Source: the human T2T-CHM13v2.0 reference genome, Homo sapiens. Taken from it: 64,000 nucleotides of DNA. The position numbers were made by a program, and so were the translations under genes. Where the stretch lies: NCBI RefSeq assembly GCF_009914755.1, contig NC_060928.1, one strand, 5' to 3'. Under the pieces are notes generated by a model that worked only from the letters and a program-made list of their open reading frames with translations, searched no databases and was not told where the DNA came from. Positions 40,696 through 54,422 of this stretch are shown here, piece after piece. Numbering within the stretch: position 1 is the stretch's first letter; each line of letters opens with the position of its first letter.

Positions 40696-42369
40696 GTAAT
40701 ACTGTAACTTAGGAATTTTCTCTTTGCAGAGCTTACCTTTCCTATGTGAATGTTGCACATCTTGGAAAGAAAATCTATAAAAGTAGTCTTTCTGCATTAT
40801 ATCTATATTTCAGCTTTTTCTTCCTCTGAAATAATAATTGGTGCAGCCAGTGGGCTATTTGCTAAGCAGGAGGCACATTTTCCTTGCCTGTACAGACAGA
40901 GGGTGAAAATAAAATACCATTACTGGTTTGTAGCACTGTGGCAGTGGGAGACGAGAACCAGGCCTCATATCCCAGCTGGCATTCAGCTCTGTCTTCCTCC
41001 TTCTTTCCCCTGGTCAGAGCTCTCTAGGATGGGATTCTCCATCCTCCACCTCCACACTGACCTCAGTACATCTGTAACACTAAGGAAAGTTTCTGTCACG
41101 TATGGCTGTCACTGGAACTCCCTGGGTTTTTTTTCCCAGAGGTCTGAAGCTCCAAATCTAAGAATTGAAAAGATAAGAAACCTTGCATATGCATACTGAC
41201 TTTCCAATCACCTGTCTCTCCCAGGGGCCAGCTTTCTCCGAGACAGAAACATGCCCAGCTTAGAGTTTGTTTCATAAACCAACCCGAGACTCTTCTAAAA
41301 AGAAGGGAGAGGTATTAGTGGATTCTAGTTAACGTGCTCCTAGCTTTTTGTGTAACTCTCAGTGAGTCACTGTTCTTCTGTAACTACAAGGTGAAATCTC
41401 ACAGACTAATGGAAGTTTAGAGGGTATTGGCTCACCAAAAAGTGCTTGTATAATTCCCCCTGTGGCCCCTAGTTTGGCATGAAATGAGAATAGAGGGAAA
41501 TTATGTCAGTAAATTGGCCTTGTGATGTTAATAGTAGAAGACTTAGAACTCTGTCTGGTCCCCTAACTTATGTTTTACATTCATATCTAGAGGCAGAGAC
41601 TCGGGCAGCCCATTTTGCCGGTACAGCCTGATAAAGATCTGAACTTCAGGGTACTGTTTACATCTCCTGACTTTTCTTCTATCTGGCCTCTGTTTTAAAT
41701 GTATGTGACCCAGTTCCTGGCTGGCAGTCCCTTCCTCCATTTCTGCTCTGTGCCTTCCTTTATAAAACTGACTGTTCACCCTGCACCTTCTCAGCCTATC
41801 TGAGCATACCAAGTATTTTTTGTAGTTTCCTTTGAAGATTTGTTGGGTCCTGGGTGGGGGTGGAGTCACCCACTGTAATACACTGCATTTTACTCAGCAA
41901 ATTCAGTTTAGATGGCTCTTTTTCCTCAAAACTCTCCGCTGAGCCCCCAGACCCCTGGCCTCCCTTCTGTCACCACCGCCTTCTCCCATTCCATCCCATC
42001 CCCATAGCTCTCGGCTCTGCCCCTCCTCACTCTGATCCTGTTAATGTCAGAGAAGCTTTCTTGGGAAATTAGACTGCCAGCCATACTGTCAGACCCTAAG
42101 ACCTTCCTTCTGTCCTGTAGAGGGCTGGATGGGGTCACAAAGCATCTGCCCAATAGGCTCTCTCTGTTTCTACGAAGAAGTCCTCCTGCTGGCATCTTCT
42201 CCAGTTGTTACAGTTTTGTGTGTGAAGTCATTGCTGTGATGAATTGGACCTCTTGGTTAAACAGTACCAAAGAGCTACACTGCCTAAGCTCCAATCCCAG
42301 GTTCCTAGGTTATCTTTACTAGCTGTGTGAACTTGGAAAGGCTACCTGATCTCTCTGTGTCTGTTTTCT

Positions 42370-42712
<343 letters not shown>

Positions 42713-43223
42713 TAAAGTTGTGAAAGTTAAATGAGTTAATATAAAGTTAATATACAGGGCTTGGAAGAGGGGTTGGTGCACAGTGGCTGCCCAGTCAATG
42801 CACTAATATTACTCTGCACCCACAGAGGGTTAGATGAGAGCCCTGTTCTTTGGGAGGAAGCAGCTTGTGTACTGGAAATGTTCCACTCAATTTGTACAAC
42901 ATTTGTTCACAAACACAAACACTTTTTCTGCAATGCGTTAGCTTCACATGAAGCAAATAATTTTCTGCATTTTCACCTGTTGAATTCCAAAATGCCTTTT
43001 CTCCCTTAAACCATTCCTTATCTGGCCTGCATGGAATTATGTCTCCCACTAAATAGCTGTCAGCATGTTTAGCTTCATATTGTAGTTGCATGTCTCATCT
43101 CCTCTTCCGAAGTAAGCTTCTTGAAGCCAAATACCATTTCTTCCTTGCTAAAAGTCTGCTAAATATAGAGCGCAAATTTCCATATAACTAAACTTTTTCC
43201 ATATATGTATTTTTAAATTCTAG

Positions 43224-43425
43224 ATGGTGACTGCAGTAAACCTGAAGAAAAGAAGACTGGTGAGGTAGCCACGGGGATGGCCTCTAGACCCAACTGGCTG
43301 CTGGCAGGGGCTGCTTTTGGTAGCCTTGTGTTCCTCACCCACTGGGTTTTTGGAGAAGTCTCTCTTGTTTCCAGATGGGCAGTGAGTGGGCATCCACATC
43401 CAGGGCCAGATCCTAACCCATTTGG
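43224..43425 (+). CDS. CWH43: CWH43 exon 5 (202 nt; [11 protein letters not shown]...[12 protein letters not shown])
   Basis: ttctag| acceptor, GG|gtgagt donor, frame continuous. Confidence 0.95.
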
Positions 43426-44099
43426 GTGAGTTTGGGTTTGGAAGCAATCACAAAATCGGCAGTTATGCCTGGAGGAAGCAATGCCTCCTTTGTCAGACAG
43501 CTAGGTCTGTGCTAGCCAGATATTTCATACCACTCTCCCTAGATATCAGAATGTGGCATGAAATTATTGTGTGCTCTGGAGAGAAGGGCACTAGAAGGGT
43601 CTTTTCCTCTGTGCAGAAGGATTGCTGAAAAGTAGATGTGGGAGGCCCAATGGTTGTGCACAGCTAAGTAAGAGGTTCCCAGAGCTCCAGCATAGGCATC
43701 TCGAGGAATGCCTGCACAGAAGAGCATTCTCAGTGGTGGGAGAGGAGCAGCATTCCCTGGCCATTTCCTCCAGACCCTCTGGTTATGGTTATGGGCATTT
43801 AGTAGGATAAGACCACAGTCCCCTGAGGAGACTAGGTTGGCTGCCTGGGGCACAGATCTCTATTCTCAGCAAAGGAGGGCAGCCCCAGGAGATCCCTGCA
43901 TCTTCTGGTACTTTCTTGTTCCAGCTGTGGGACAGGGTCACACAGGGAGTTAGTAGTCTGGAGTCAAGTGTTGGTCCTTGTGTTTGGTCCTTTTTAACTC
44001 TCTCTCTGCTCTTCCTGACACATCTTTTCTCTTGTAACTGGCTCCATCTCTTCTTGCAAAAAAATTGGAGGAATTCTTAAAAGATCTGCCTCCGATATC

Positions 44100-44901
44100 T
44101 TTTCTCTCTTGTAGTGCTGAATTCTTACAATTGAAGGCATGCAGCTGCCTACTGGATCTTTCCCCAGCAGGGATCTGGGCATATCCCACAGGCTTGTCAA
44201 CCTCAGCTTGTCCAAATCTGAACTCAGTATTTCCCAGTCCTCCACGCATGTTCTTCTTCCCCCATTCCCAGGTCCATTTTGTCTGTCCACCTCATCATCC
44301 AAACCTGAGACCAAGAGTTTGCCCAGAATTCTCCATCTTCCTCATTTTCTCCAACTCAGTTCTATGACTTCTCTTAGATTAACCCCTTCTTCTCTATCCC
44401 TAAGTTCATCTGCCTTAGTGGAGTCCTCACCATTTTTTCATTCAGGCTATTACTGTTGTCTCCTAATTGTCTCTCTTTAGCAGAATCTTCTCCACATGGT
44501 TCCAGAATGATCTCTGTAAAATGCAAATCTGATTCCACCACTCCTTTACTGATAACCTCTCAGCAGTTCCCCCCCACCAATACCTGGTGGCCCCCAATTC
44601 TCCCATATGAGGCAGGATCTGGCCCCCCTACTTACCTTTCCAAATGCTTTCTGATCTTATCCTCCTGCTTCACCTGAGTCGAACCCACTTGCGCTTCTCT
44701 GGAAGTGCCAGACTGTTCCTGTCCCCCCTCTGCCTGGGCTTGCTTTTCTGCCTTGATGTCCTGGCAAGCCCTACTCCCTTCAAAACCCAGCACAAACATT
44801 TTCTCTGTGAATTATTCTGTTATTATCACAGGGGATCCTCCTTTATGCCACATACTATAATACTTTGAGTCAATCAATTTTTATATATGTGTTATATATG
44901 T

Positions 44902-44945
<44 letters not shown>

Positions 44946-45040
44946 GTATCTGTTAGAAACTTTATATTCTGTATTACAGATTTTAAAAAATGTTTTTCTT
45001 CCTGTCTAGACACTAAGTCCCTTGAGGGCAGGGAATGGGA
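44100..45040 (-). mobile_element. L2 relic
   Basis: ctgcctactggat..., cagaatgatctctgtaaaatgcaaatctgat and cttgagggcaggga motifs. Confidence 0.6.
44903..44936. repeat. (CA)n microsatellite
   Basis: Perfect CA run. Confidence 0.97.
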
Positions 45041-45782
45041 AAAGGAATGAATGTTGATTACTTACTCTGTGTCAGGTCCTGAACAAGGACTTTTGAAAAT
45101 ATTATTTCATTTAGAGTCTGTATCTTCTTCCATATCTGGGAGGAAGGCAGAGAAGAAAGAAAGGAACAAAAGGCCAGAGAGGAAGGAAGAAGTTTATTCC
45201 TATGTGTTAAAGCTTAGTTTCCAAAGTTACCTGTGAAAACAAGCATAAGTTTTGTGGCAGAGTAAAGGAAGAACTTTAATGGTAAATGGTGAGTCCTGGT
45301 AACCAGGAGAAACTCACCATTCAACTCTGGGCCAATCATATTACATCCCTGGCCTTGCTTTACTCACAAGAAGAATGTAACTAAACTTCAGGGGGAAACT
45401 TTCTCACATATATAAAATCAGCATTTGCTTTTCAGACATTTCCTAATCCTGTATGTTAGAATGAGACACTGAAGACGGAACTGCAACTCACAAGACCAGC
45501 ATTTCCCAAACTGTGTTCTGTGAGATGCTGGTTTCTTGAGATGTTAATGGTTACTCTGAGAAAAAGAAAATGCTTCTACATCAAATAGGTTGAGGAAATA
45601 GTGCATTTCAATCTCCCTTTCTTTGTGCTTCACAATGCACATCAGCATATTAGAGACTTTTGCAGGTTTCCTAAAGTTATTTGAACATGGAATTCTTCTT
45701 TAGAACATCTATTAATATCTGACAGAATAGGTGTGTTTCTCAGAACCAGCTTGAGAAATGTTGCATTAGGCCATCATCATGA

Positions 45783-45963
45783 ATAGCTGGGACTACAGGC
45801 ACCTGACACTACACCTGGCTAACTTAAAACTTTTTTTTTTTTTTGTAGAGGCAAGGTCTCACTATTTTTTCCAGGCTGCTCTCAAACTCCTGACCTCAAA
45901 CAATCCTCCCACCTCTGCCTCCCAAAGTGCTGGTATTACTGTCATGAGTCACTGTGCCTGGCC
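45783..45963 (-). mobile_element. Partial Alu (AluJ-like)
   Basis: Left arm plus part of the right arm. Confidence 0.85.
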
Positions 45964-47064
45964 CTATCTGCATTATTTATTAATGGTGTTTATTATATGT
46001 TTCCCCCACTGGAATGTGAGCTCTATGGGAGAAAGGGATCGTTGTTCATTGATGCATCCCAAACACCTAGAATGGAGCCTGGCACATAGTGGGCACTCAA
46101 AAATATTTGTTGTTGATTTGGGAGTAGAAAAAGATCCACACTGTCCTTCATGGCCTCTTCTCATATTTGGTCTTCTGTAGCCCCAGGGTCATTCTTACAC
46201 AGGTAGGAGCAGGCAGTAATGTGGCTAACAGCCTCATCCCAGAGCCTGAGGACAATTTTAGATTCTTAGTCCTATGTGGGCTACTGTGTATGACCTCAAG
46301 CAGGTTACTTACATACCCTTTCCCCCAGAATTCTCCTCTGCAAAATGGGGATAATATTAGCATTTATCTTACAGGCACATGAGAATTAAATGAATAATAA
46401 TTACAGGGGAAAATCTTAAAATAGTGCCTGGTATGTAGTGCATGCTATGGTTTTGAGCTTAATTTATGTGACAGCTACTTAAATGAGTCCTATATTCTAG
46501 CTATTATTGTTTCTGGGTTTCCTTCTAAAGTTTAGTCAAATTTCTTTTTTCCTCCTCTTGCAACTTTTTGCCAAAATAGCAACAGAATAAAATAGTTTGT
46601 GGTTGTTTTAAAAGACACACAGCTATCAGTTATTTATCAAACTGACGCTGGTCTTGGGAAGGCCGAGACTCTAGGCAAGAGCAGTATTGAGGTAGAGGAA
46701 AGAAAGAAAAAAAAGCAAACTAAATAGAAACCATTCCAATGACCTTTGCTTTTTGTTCTTGGCAGAATCATTTAAAATGTTACTGACCAACATGGACTGT
46801 ACTTTAATAGTCTGAGAAAGCTTGGTTACTGTGTTTACATGATAAGTTGGCAGATATCATTGATCTCATGGCAGAGGTTTTATTCCTTCTCTGTTCTGAA
46901 TGTGTATAATATTGGCTTCCAGTGGGCTCTCATGATCTCACTGGTTGTTTCACACACGTTATCTCTTATATGTACCCAGAGGTGGGAGGTATATTTCTAT
47001 TTTATATTCGGGATGATGAAATATTACTAATGTCACATGTCTTAGAGCATGTCCTTTTTCACAG

Positions 47065-47153
47065 AGGTGCAGTACTGCTGTGCTTGGCAAGTGGATTGAT
47101 GCTTCCATCTTGTTTGTGGTTTCGTGGTACTGGTTTGATCTGGTGGGTTACAG
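47065..47153 (+). CDS. CWH43: CWH43 exon 6 (89 nt; GAVLLCLASGLMLPSCLWFRGTGLIWWVT)
   Basis: tcacag| acceptor, G|gtatgt donor, frame continuous. Confidence 0.95.
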
Positions 47154-47547
47154 GTATGTGGAATTTACCTGCAGATAGAACACGACTGAGCTTGGTTATC
47201 CAGTTTGTTTGCAAGCATGCGCAACTCGACTGAAAGTAGATACAACCATACAAATATGTACTGTGGCCAAATGGGCTGTTGTAAACAGCAACTATAATGC
47301 AGATGTCACCAAGGTCACCGGTGACTACCTGCTCTGAGTTCCTGCTTCCTCCTACCTCCGCCTCCCCCTCCTCCTGTGGCTGTGCTGCTTTCCTGGACTA
47401 CACTGCCATAATACTACCTACTCCCAAAAATACATAAACAAGGCACATGTGTTAAGTAGCAGATTTATAAAAATTCTTGATTTTTAATTAAAGTATATTA
47501 TTTTATTTGTATAAACTTATGGGTTACAAGTGAGATTGACTGATTGA

Positions 47548-48150
47548 TAACTTTTAAGTTCAGGGGTACATGTGCAGGTTTGTTACATAAGTAAATTCGT
47601 GCAATGGGGGTTTGTTGTACAGATTATTTTGTTACCCAGGTAATAAGCCTAGTACCCGTTATTCTTCCTGATCCTCTCTCTCCTCCTACCTGCCTCTGGT
47701 GGACCCCAGTGTCTGTTGTTCCCCTCTTTGTGTCCATGTGCTCTCATCATTCAGCTCCCATTTAATGATAACATGCAGCATTTGGTTTTCTGTTCCTGCA
47801 TTAGTTTGCTAAGGATGATGGCCTCCAGCTCCATCTGTGTTCCTGCAAAGGATATGATCTCATTCTTTTTTATGGCTGCATAGTATTCCATGGTGTATAT
47901 TACCACATTTTCTTTATCCAGTTTACCATTGATGGGCATTTAGGTTGATTCCATGTCTTTGCTACTGTGAATAGCACTGCAATAAACATACGCGTGCATG
48001 TGTCTTTATGGTAGAACAATTTATATTCCTTTGGGTACATACCCAGTAATGGGATTGCTAGGTCAAATGGTAATTCTGTTTTGAGGAATTGCCACACTGA
48101 TTTCCACAAATGTTAGACTAATTTACACTCTCACCAGCAGTGTATAGGTG
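47548..48150 (-). mobile_element. Older L1PA/L1PB 3' fragment inside an L1MA relic
   Basis: aacttttaagttcaggggtacatgtgcagg 3' end and ORF2 C-terminal residues. Confidence 0.85.
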
Positions 48151-50299
48151 CATAGATTGGGTAGTGGTCAAGTCAGAGTTCTTAGGCTGTCCCTCACCTG
48201 ATGGATACAGTGAACCCATAAGTAATTCTCATCAGTAGCAGATTTTACTGAGGAGATGAGGGCTGTGCATGGCCATGTTGCCAGTTGCCAGACCTCTTTC
48301 ACTCTTCAAGATTCCTTGCTTTTCCGTGTTTCAAAAATGCCATTTAGAGTTCCATGATGAAGCTCCATTTCCCTTTCTCCTTTACATGTAACAGGGGAGC
48401 TCCCAGCCTTCCACCCAGCTGTAGGGTCCATGTCTGCTTACTCAAAGACCTGACCCATCTCTTCCCAGTTACACCCTTTAGGACCCCAGAAGTATCAGTG
48501 AAGACAATCATGTTTTGGGCTGCCCTCTTCCCTCTCCCCTAGTCTTTGTGAAGAGGAGGGAGCATTGAACTTATTTTCCTATAACAGAATTATGCCAGCC
48601 CTCCTCCTTTCCCTTAAAAGGCAATATTTAATGATTATAGTCAGGTTTTCTGACTCTAAGTAAAAAAAAAACCACTTTATTATATAGCAAATACTATATT
48701 TGGTTTATGTGAGGAGAGATGAGATGTTGTTAATACATGTTAATTAAGTTGGTGATTCAGAGTGGTACTCTAGGTGCTGTGTGTGGGTTTGAGAGACTGT
48801 ATCAGTAATAGAAGATTTAGGATGACAACATAGCAAGTGAATTTCTGTACACCGTAAGTGCCGTCACATTTGCATGGAAATGTATGTGTAATCCAGATAC
48901 GTGGCTAAATCGATGAGGTTGGCCAGGTCCTCTTCCTCCTGGAGCTATGTGAACATACTGTTGCAGTCTTGTTGAGCTGTTTGTATTGCTTGTGTATTTT
49001 TTGATAGGCATTGTATTTGGAGCCTGTGGAGGTTTGTGTGTACCTAAGAGTAATCTTTCTTCTCATCAGAGAGTTTATTTGTGAGATTCCTCAGGAAAAG
49101 GGCCAGGAAAGTTTGTCAGTGCTGAGTTTGCATTAAGCATATACAGTAGCTTCTTAATCTGCATATAACTTGGAAAAGGAAAAAGAAATGCATTGAGCGT
49201 TTGTTCAGCATTTATATCATGCCTTTTCACATAAAGTATAAGCAAAGTGCTTATTGGGCAGGTAGTTAACAGCTTCATTTTAACCTGAAGAACACAGAGA
49301 AATAGACTGTTAGTTAAAGAACAGGAAAGCTGTGAACCTACCGTCTTATGCTTATTTCCCCAGACAAGTAAGGTCATATCCTTGAGAGTCAAACCTAATC
49401 TAGTTTTGTTGTCTCTCTGGAGTATTAAATAGTAGCTTTAAAGACTCTAAGAAAAGCAGATTTAAGGCTTCTAGAAGGCTGCTTGCAGTAGAAGAAAGCA
49501 GGGCCATAATTCACCAGCTTCATCTTCCTTTCTGATCACTTACTCACCTGCAATAAGTTGGAGCTCAAGCTTAATTATCTGGAGGTGGTGCCCACTTTTC
49601 ACTGTGATTCATCTCTGGAAACCACACAATAATGCAAGCTGTGGCCAAAGAAATCCTGTTTTCCCATTGCACAGTTTATGTTGACAATCCCAACTGGAGA
49701 CTCAGCATGAAATTAATTATGGCAGTGACTGAACAATTTCATACAAGCAAAGATACAGGTGCTTTAAATGTTGATAGCAGTTAAATTAGTAAAGCCAGAG
49801 TTCTATTTTTAAAAAAAGTCTAGATATAGTAAACATATTGATAGGACCCCATTGTACTATAGTGTCCAGATAATTTTACTATATGGAAAACTTCATTTAT
49901 TGAAAACTTACATGTCAGTTATTATAATTGTTATTGAAATAGTTAACTATTACTTCTGCTTGATGTCTTTGATGTTGTACAGATTTGGGGGAGATTATTG
50001 GAGGGCCTCAAACAAAAGCAGTTAAGGAATACAGTTAAATGAAAAAGGTAAAGTGACTAACAGTGCGTATCATATACTGTCATTGGTGTACAAAAAGGAA
50101 GGGAAATGCATGCACATATGTATTTCTTTGTATGTGTAGGGTATCTCTGGAAGGATGCAATGGTAAGTGCTTACACTGGATTGGTTGCCTTCACTAAGGG
50201 GAACAAATGGGTTACGGGTCAGAAAGTCCCTTTTGTAGCATTTGAATTGTAATTTTGAATTTATAACCTATTTAAACAGTACAATTTTGGTGGATTTAA

Positions 50300-51240
50300 A
50301 ATATAGAGCCTATTTAAAAATAGAAATAAAAATGATAACAGTCAAGATAAATTTGAGAGATGTTTTCATTCCCTCTAGATAATTCTCTGTAGTAAGGAGA
50401 ACAATATTATTCTAACGTCTTTAGATTAGAATATCAAATTCGGGATCATTCTTTTAAAAACAGTCATTGTAAGCCGTAAGTAAGAAAAATTCAACCTCAC
50501 TAACAGTCAAATAAGTGCAATTTAAAATGTCATAGCATTTTCGACCTTAATTTGGTAAAGATTTTTGGTATTATTACATATATTTGGTAAAGATTTTTAC
50601 CAAATTAAAGATGAAATTTTGGCAGGATGTGAGAGGTGTCAAGACTTGGCAAGTTTTCTGCAGGAAGCAAAGACAAGTATTAGGTTTCCTGAAAGCTGGG
50701 TATAAGGTTTCCTGAAAGTTGCTTTCAGGAAAGCAACTGGTCACAAGTCATGACTTTAAAATACTTATGCCCCTTGACATAAGAGTTGTGTTGCTAGGAA
50801 TCTGTTTTAAGGAAATAATAGGTAATGTGGTAAGGGATCATTGACAAAAAAAGATGTTCATCACACTGTTGTTTTAAAAGCTTGACATAGGAACCTTCAC
50901 AAATGGCCAGCAATAGGAAAATGCTTACTTATATTGTGGTGTATTTATCCAGTGAAGTATTATATGTACATTAAAATGTTTTAGAAAAAAATTATTTACA
51001 CTAGTAAATGTTCCTGATATAATGTTTCATAAATAGCAGCATATAGTCTTTAATATGTGGTACAATTCCATTTATGTAAAAATACTTCTGTATATACACA
51101 GAAGAGACTTAGAAATACACAGAAATATTGGCTGTGGTTATCTCCGTCTTAGACAATCCTTAATTGCTTCTTTTCAGTTCTGTATTTTTAAAATTTCTAA
51201 AGCAAATAGGCATTACAGTTGTTTTATTTTAAAATGAAAA
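50300..51240 (+). mobile_element. Old L1ME-type relic
   Basis: Diverged L1 3' motifs. Confidence 0.45.
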
Positions 51241-52339
51241 AATTCCATTGAGAATCTAGGTATTTGAAATCTCCCTATGGAGTTAAACTCCATGGGTTGT
51301 AGAGGACCTTGGAATCTAGTTCTCATGCTCATCTGAGAGATGTTCTTTTTGAAGTGGGGAGAAATAGGCAGTCAGGCAGGTGGCATTGCCCTGTGATGGT
51401 GCAATGGAATGTATTGATGAACTTATTGAGCTATGGGGCATTAAGATGCTGACTGGGGCCACTTTCTGCTTCCCACTCCTTTCTGGAGTTCTTGGCCGAA
51501 GTAGTGAAGAGCCTGCTCTAGCTACCCTTGAAGGGTGGGTCCCAATTATACAACATGGATTGGAATGTTTCAAAAATGCCATATTTTCTATGGAAAGGGG
51601 TTATATTGATGGTCCCAAGATGGAGTGGACCCTGCAGTGCTATTTCAAAGCTGATTTCACAAGGATTGGGGGAAAGGTTATGTGATCTCAGCATTGGCTC
51701 AATAAACTAACATTTACAGAGTGCCTGCTGTGGATCAGGCAGAATGCATAGCTCCTGACACCTAGCAGGCTGTTGGGTAATGAATGAACTGATTGCAGAA
51801 TTGCTAAAGCAGTGAGCCTACAAATGCTATGTCTTCTCTTGGGGCTGTGTGGTTGGAAAAGTCAATGTACCTCTTGTAGGACAGGTGGTAGCATTTAGAT
51901 GGACAGAAATTCCTTAGAAGCCCCTTAACAGAGGTGTTCTAGAAACCACACTCTACCTGTTTTCTAATGTCCTGCATCTGATTGGTTAAATGTAATATTT
52001 TTGGACATATTTTTGGTATTGCAGAAATTTTAGTTTTTATTGCTGTTAGGATCTTAACAGCAATTACCTAAAAATACCCTTTTCACTCCTCCTGCCCTTT
52101 CTGAGGAAATAGCAGTGAACTGAGATTTACTAGATCCACATTCTACCTCCAGTTGAGACAATAACTGGCTGTGTGACATTAGGCAAATCACATTAACCTT
52201 GTCAGATCTTAGTTTTCTCATCTGTCTGGAGATTGGATCAGTATACCCCTAAGGTCTGTTCTGGTCCTAAAGGCTATAAATTGGTCATCCTCTAAGCTCG
52301 ACTGCTTTCCTGTCTGATTCTTTTCTCTCTCACAAACAG

Positions 52340-52597
52340 GAACAGCTTCAGCTGCGGGGCTCCTTTACCTGCACACATGGGCAGCTGCTGTGTCTGGCTG
52401 TGTCTTCGCCATCTTTACTGCATCCATGTGGCCCCAAACACTTGGACACCTTATTAACTCAGGGACAAACCCTGGGAAAACCATGACCATTGCCATGATA
52501 TTTTATCTTCTAGAAATATTTTTCTGTGCCTGGTGCACAGCTTTTAAGTTTGTCCCAGGAGGTGTCTACGCTAGAGAAAGATCAGATGTGCTTTTGG
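52340..52597 (+). CDS. CWH43: CWH43 exon 7 (258 nt; [13 protein letters not shown]...[19 protein letters not shown])
   Basis: aaacag| acceptor, G|gtgagt donor; contains the conserved AFKFVPGG...RER-type motif. Confidence 0.96.
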
Positions 52598-53019
52598 GTG
52601 AGTACATTTGAAAGGTCTGGATTAAAATAATTGCTCAAAAATATCCTTATGGACTGACCAGGATTTAGCACTTTATGTAACTGGTGGAAATAAGCAGGAT
52701 GATCTAGCTTTCTTGGTAAAATAGACTCTCTTGATTAAAACACAAAACCTGGAGTGATGTCTAAATTATAAATTAAAATCAAATGTATTAATTTACCAGC
52801 GCATTTCTGTAATACTTATTACTACAAAGGTCTTTTAAATTAATTAGTTGTGAAAAGATTCAGTCCATACTAAAGCGTAAACAATGTAACACTTGTGTTA
52901 TACGATGCGTTAGGAAAAGGTATGATCATGATACTCATGCTGCCACTTCAGTGGTTGGCTCGTAAATATACATGGGGATTGTGATTTTTTGGGGTTCCCC
53001 TGAATTTTATTTATGAATG

Positions 53020-53292
<273 letters not shown>

Positions 53293-53400
53293 ACTCTATT
53301 ATTTTTATTTACCATATTTGTAACAAAAAATTCATATATCTTAGTGTAAATGGTAAATCTCCAAGTCATAGAACAAATATATTTACCATTTTAGTGGTTA

Positions 53401-53522
53401 TGAATTTGCATACCAAAATTATAATTTAATAAACTTAGCTCAGTTTAATATTTTAAAAATTGATTCACATACCAAAATTATAATTTCATAAACTTAGTTC
53501 AATTTTAATATTTTAAAAATTG
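53401..53522. repeat. Tandem duplication, ~60-bp unit x2
   Basis: cataccaaaattataattt-ataaacttag...taatattttaaaaattg occurs twice. Confidence 0.92.
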
Positions 53523-54154
53523 GCTTCTGGCAATAATACAATTATTGGTGTATACTAGGCATACATAAATCGAATGTTGTGAATCATTTTAGTTTACATA
53601 ATTTTAGCTTAAGTAACATGTCAAATACTTCTACAAAGTGTTTGAAAGATGAGGAGAAAAAACATGTTAATAAGGGATCTACTTGTTTGTTTGTTCACTT
53701 ATTCATTAAAAATATTAACACGATTTCACTGGTTGTCTACATTTTGAAAAAAAATGATCATGTACCTTATGTTCCAGGAACAGTGCCAGATACTGAAGAT
53801 TATTTTTACACATTTTTATCTGTATAAATTTGTGGGGTACAATTGCAATTTTGTTACATGCATAGGTTGCATAGTGGTTAAGTCAGGGCATTTAGAGTAT
53901 CCATCACCCTGACAGGGTACATTGTATCCATTAATCAATTTCTCATCATTGCCCCCTTTCCCACCCTCTCACTCTTCTGGTCTACTTTATCTACCACTCC
54001 CAGCTGCTGAAATATTAAAAACACCCACTGTCCTTGCCTACCTGGAGCTTTAGTTGAATGGGGGAAACATCATATATAAAACGAGACAAATACTTAAGAA
54101 ATTACAGTTGTGTGAGTGCTACTCAGGAGAAGTGAAGGCTTCTATTAGGGTTCT

Positions 54155-54422
54155 GTTTTTTTTTTTTCTTTTTTTTTTTTTTGAGACAGGGTCTTGTTCT
54201 GTTCCTCCAGCTGGAGTGCAGTGGTGCAGTCATAGCTCCCTGTATCCTTGAGCTCCCCCCTCAACCTCCCAAGTAGCTGGGTCTCCAGGCACACACCACC
54301 ATGCCTGGCTGATTATGTTGTTTTTTGTAGAGATGGGGTCTCACTTTGTTGCCCAGGCTGGCGTCGAACTCCTGGGCTTACGCAATTCTCTTGCCTCAGC
54401 CTCCCAAGGTGCTGGGATTACA
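54155..54422 (-). mobile_element. Alu (AluJ-like), degenerate
   Basis: Poly(T) plus antisense dimer. Confidence 0.88.

Noticed and set aside
40750-41199. 149-aa intronic ORF
   Set aside because: No recognisable domain or splice support; consistent with chance.
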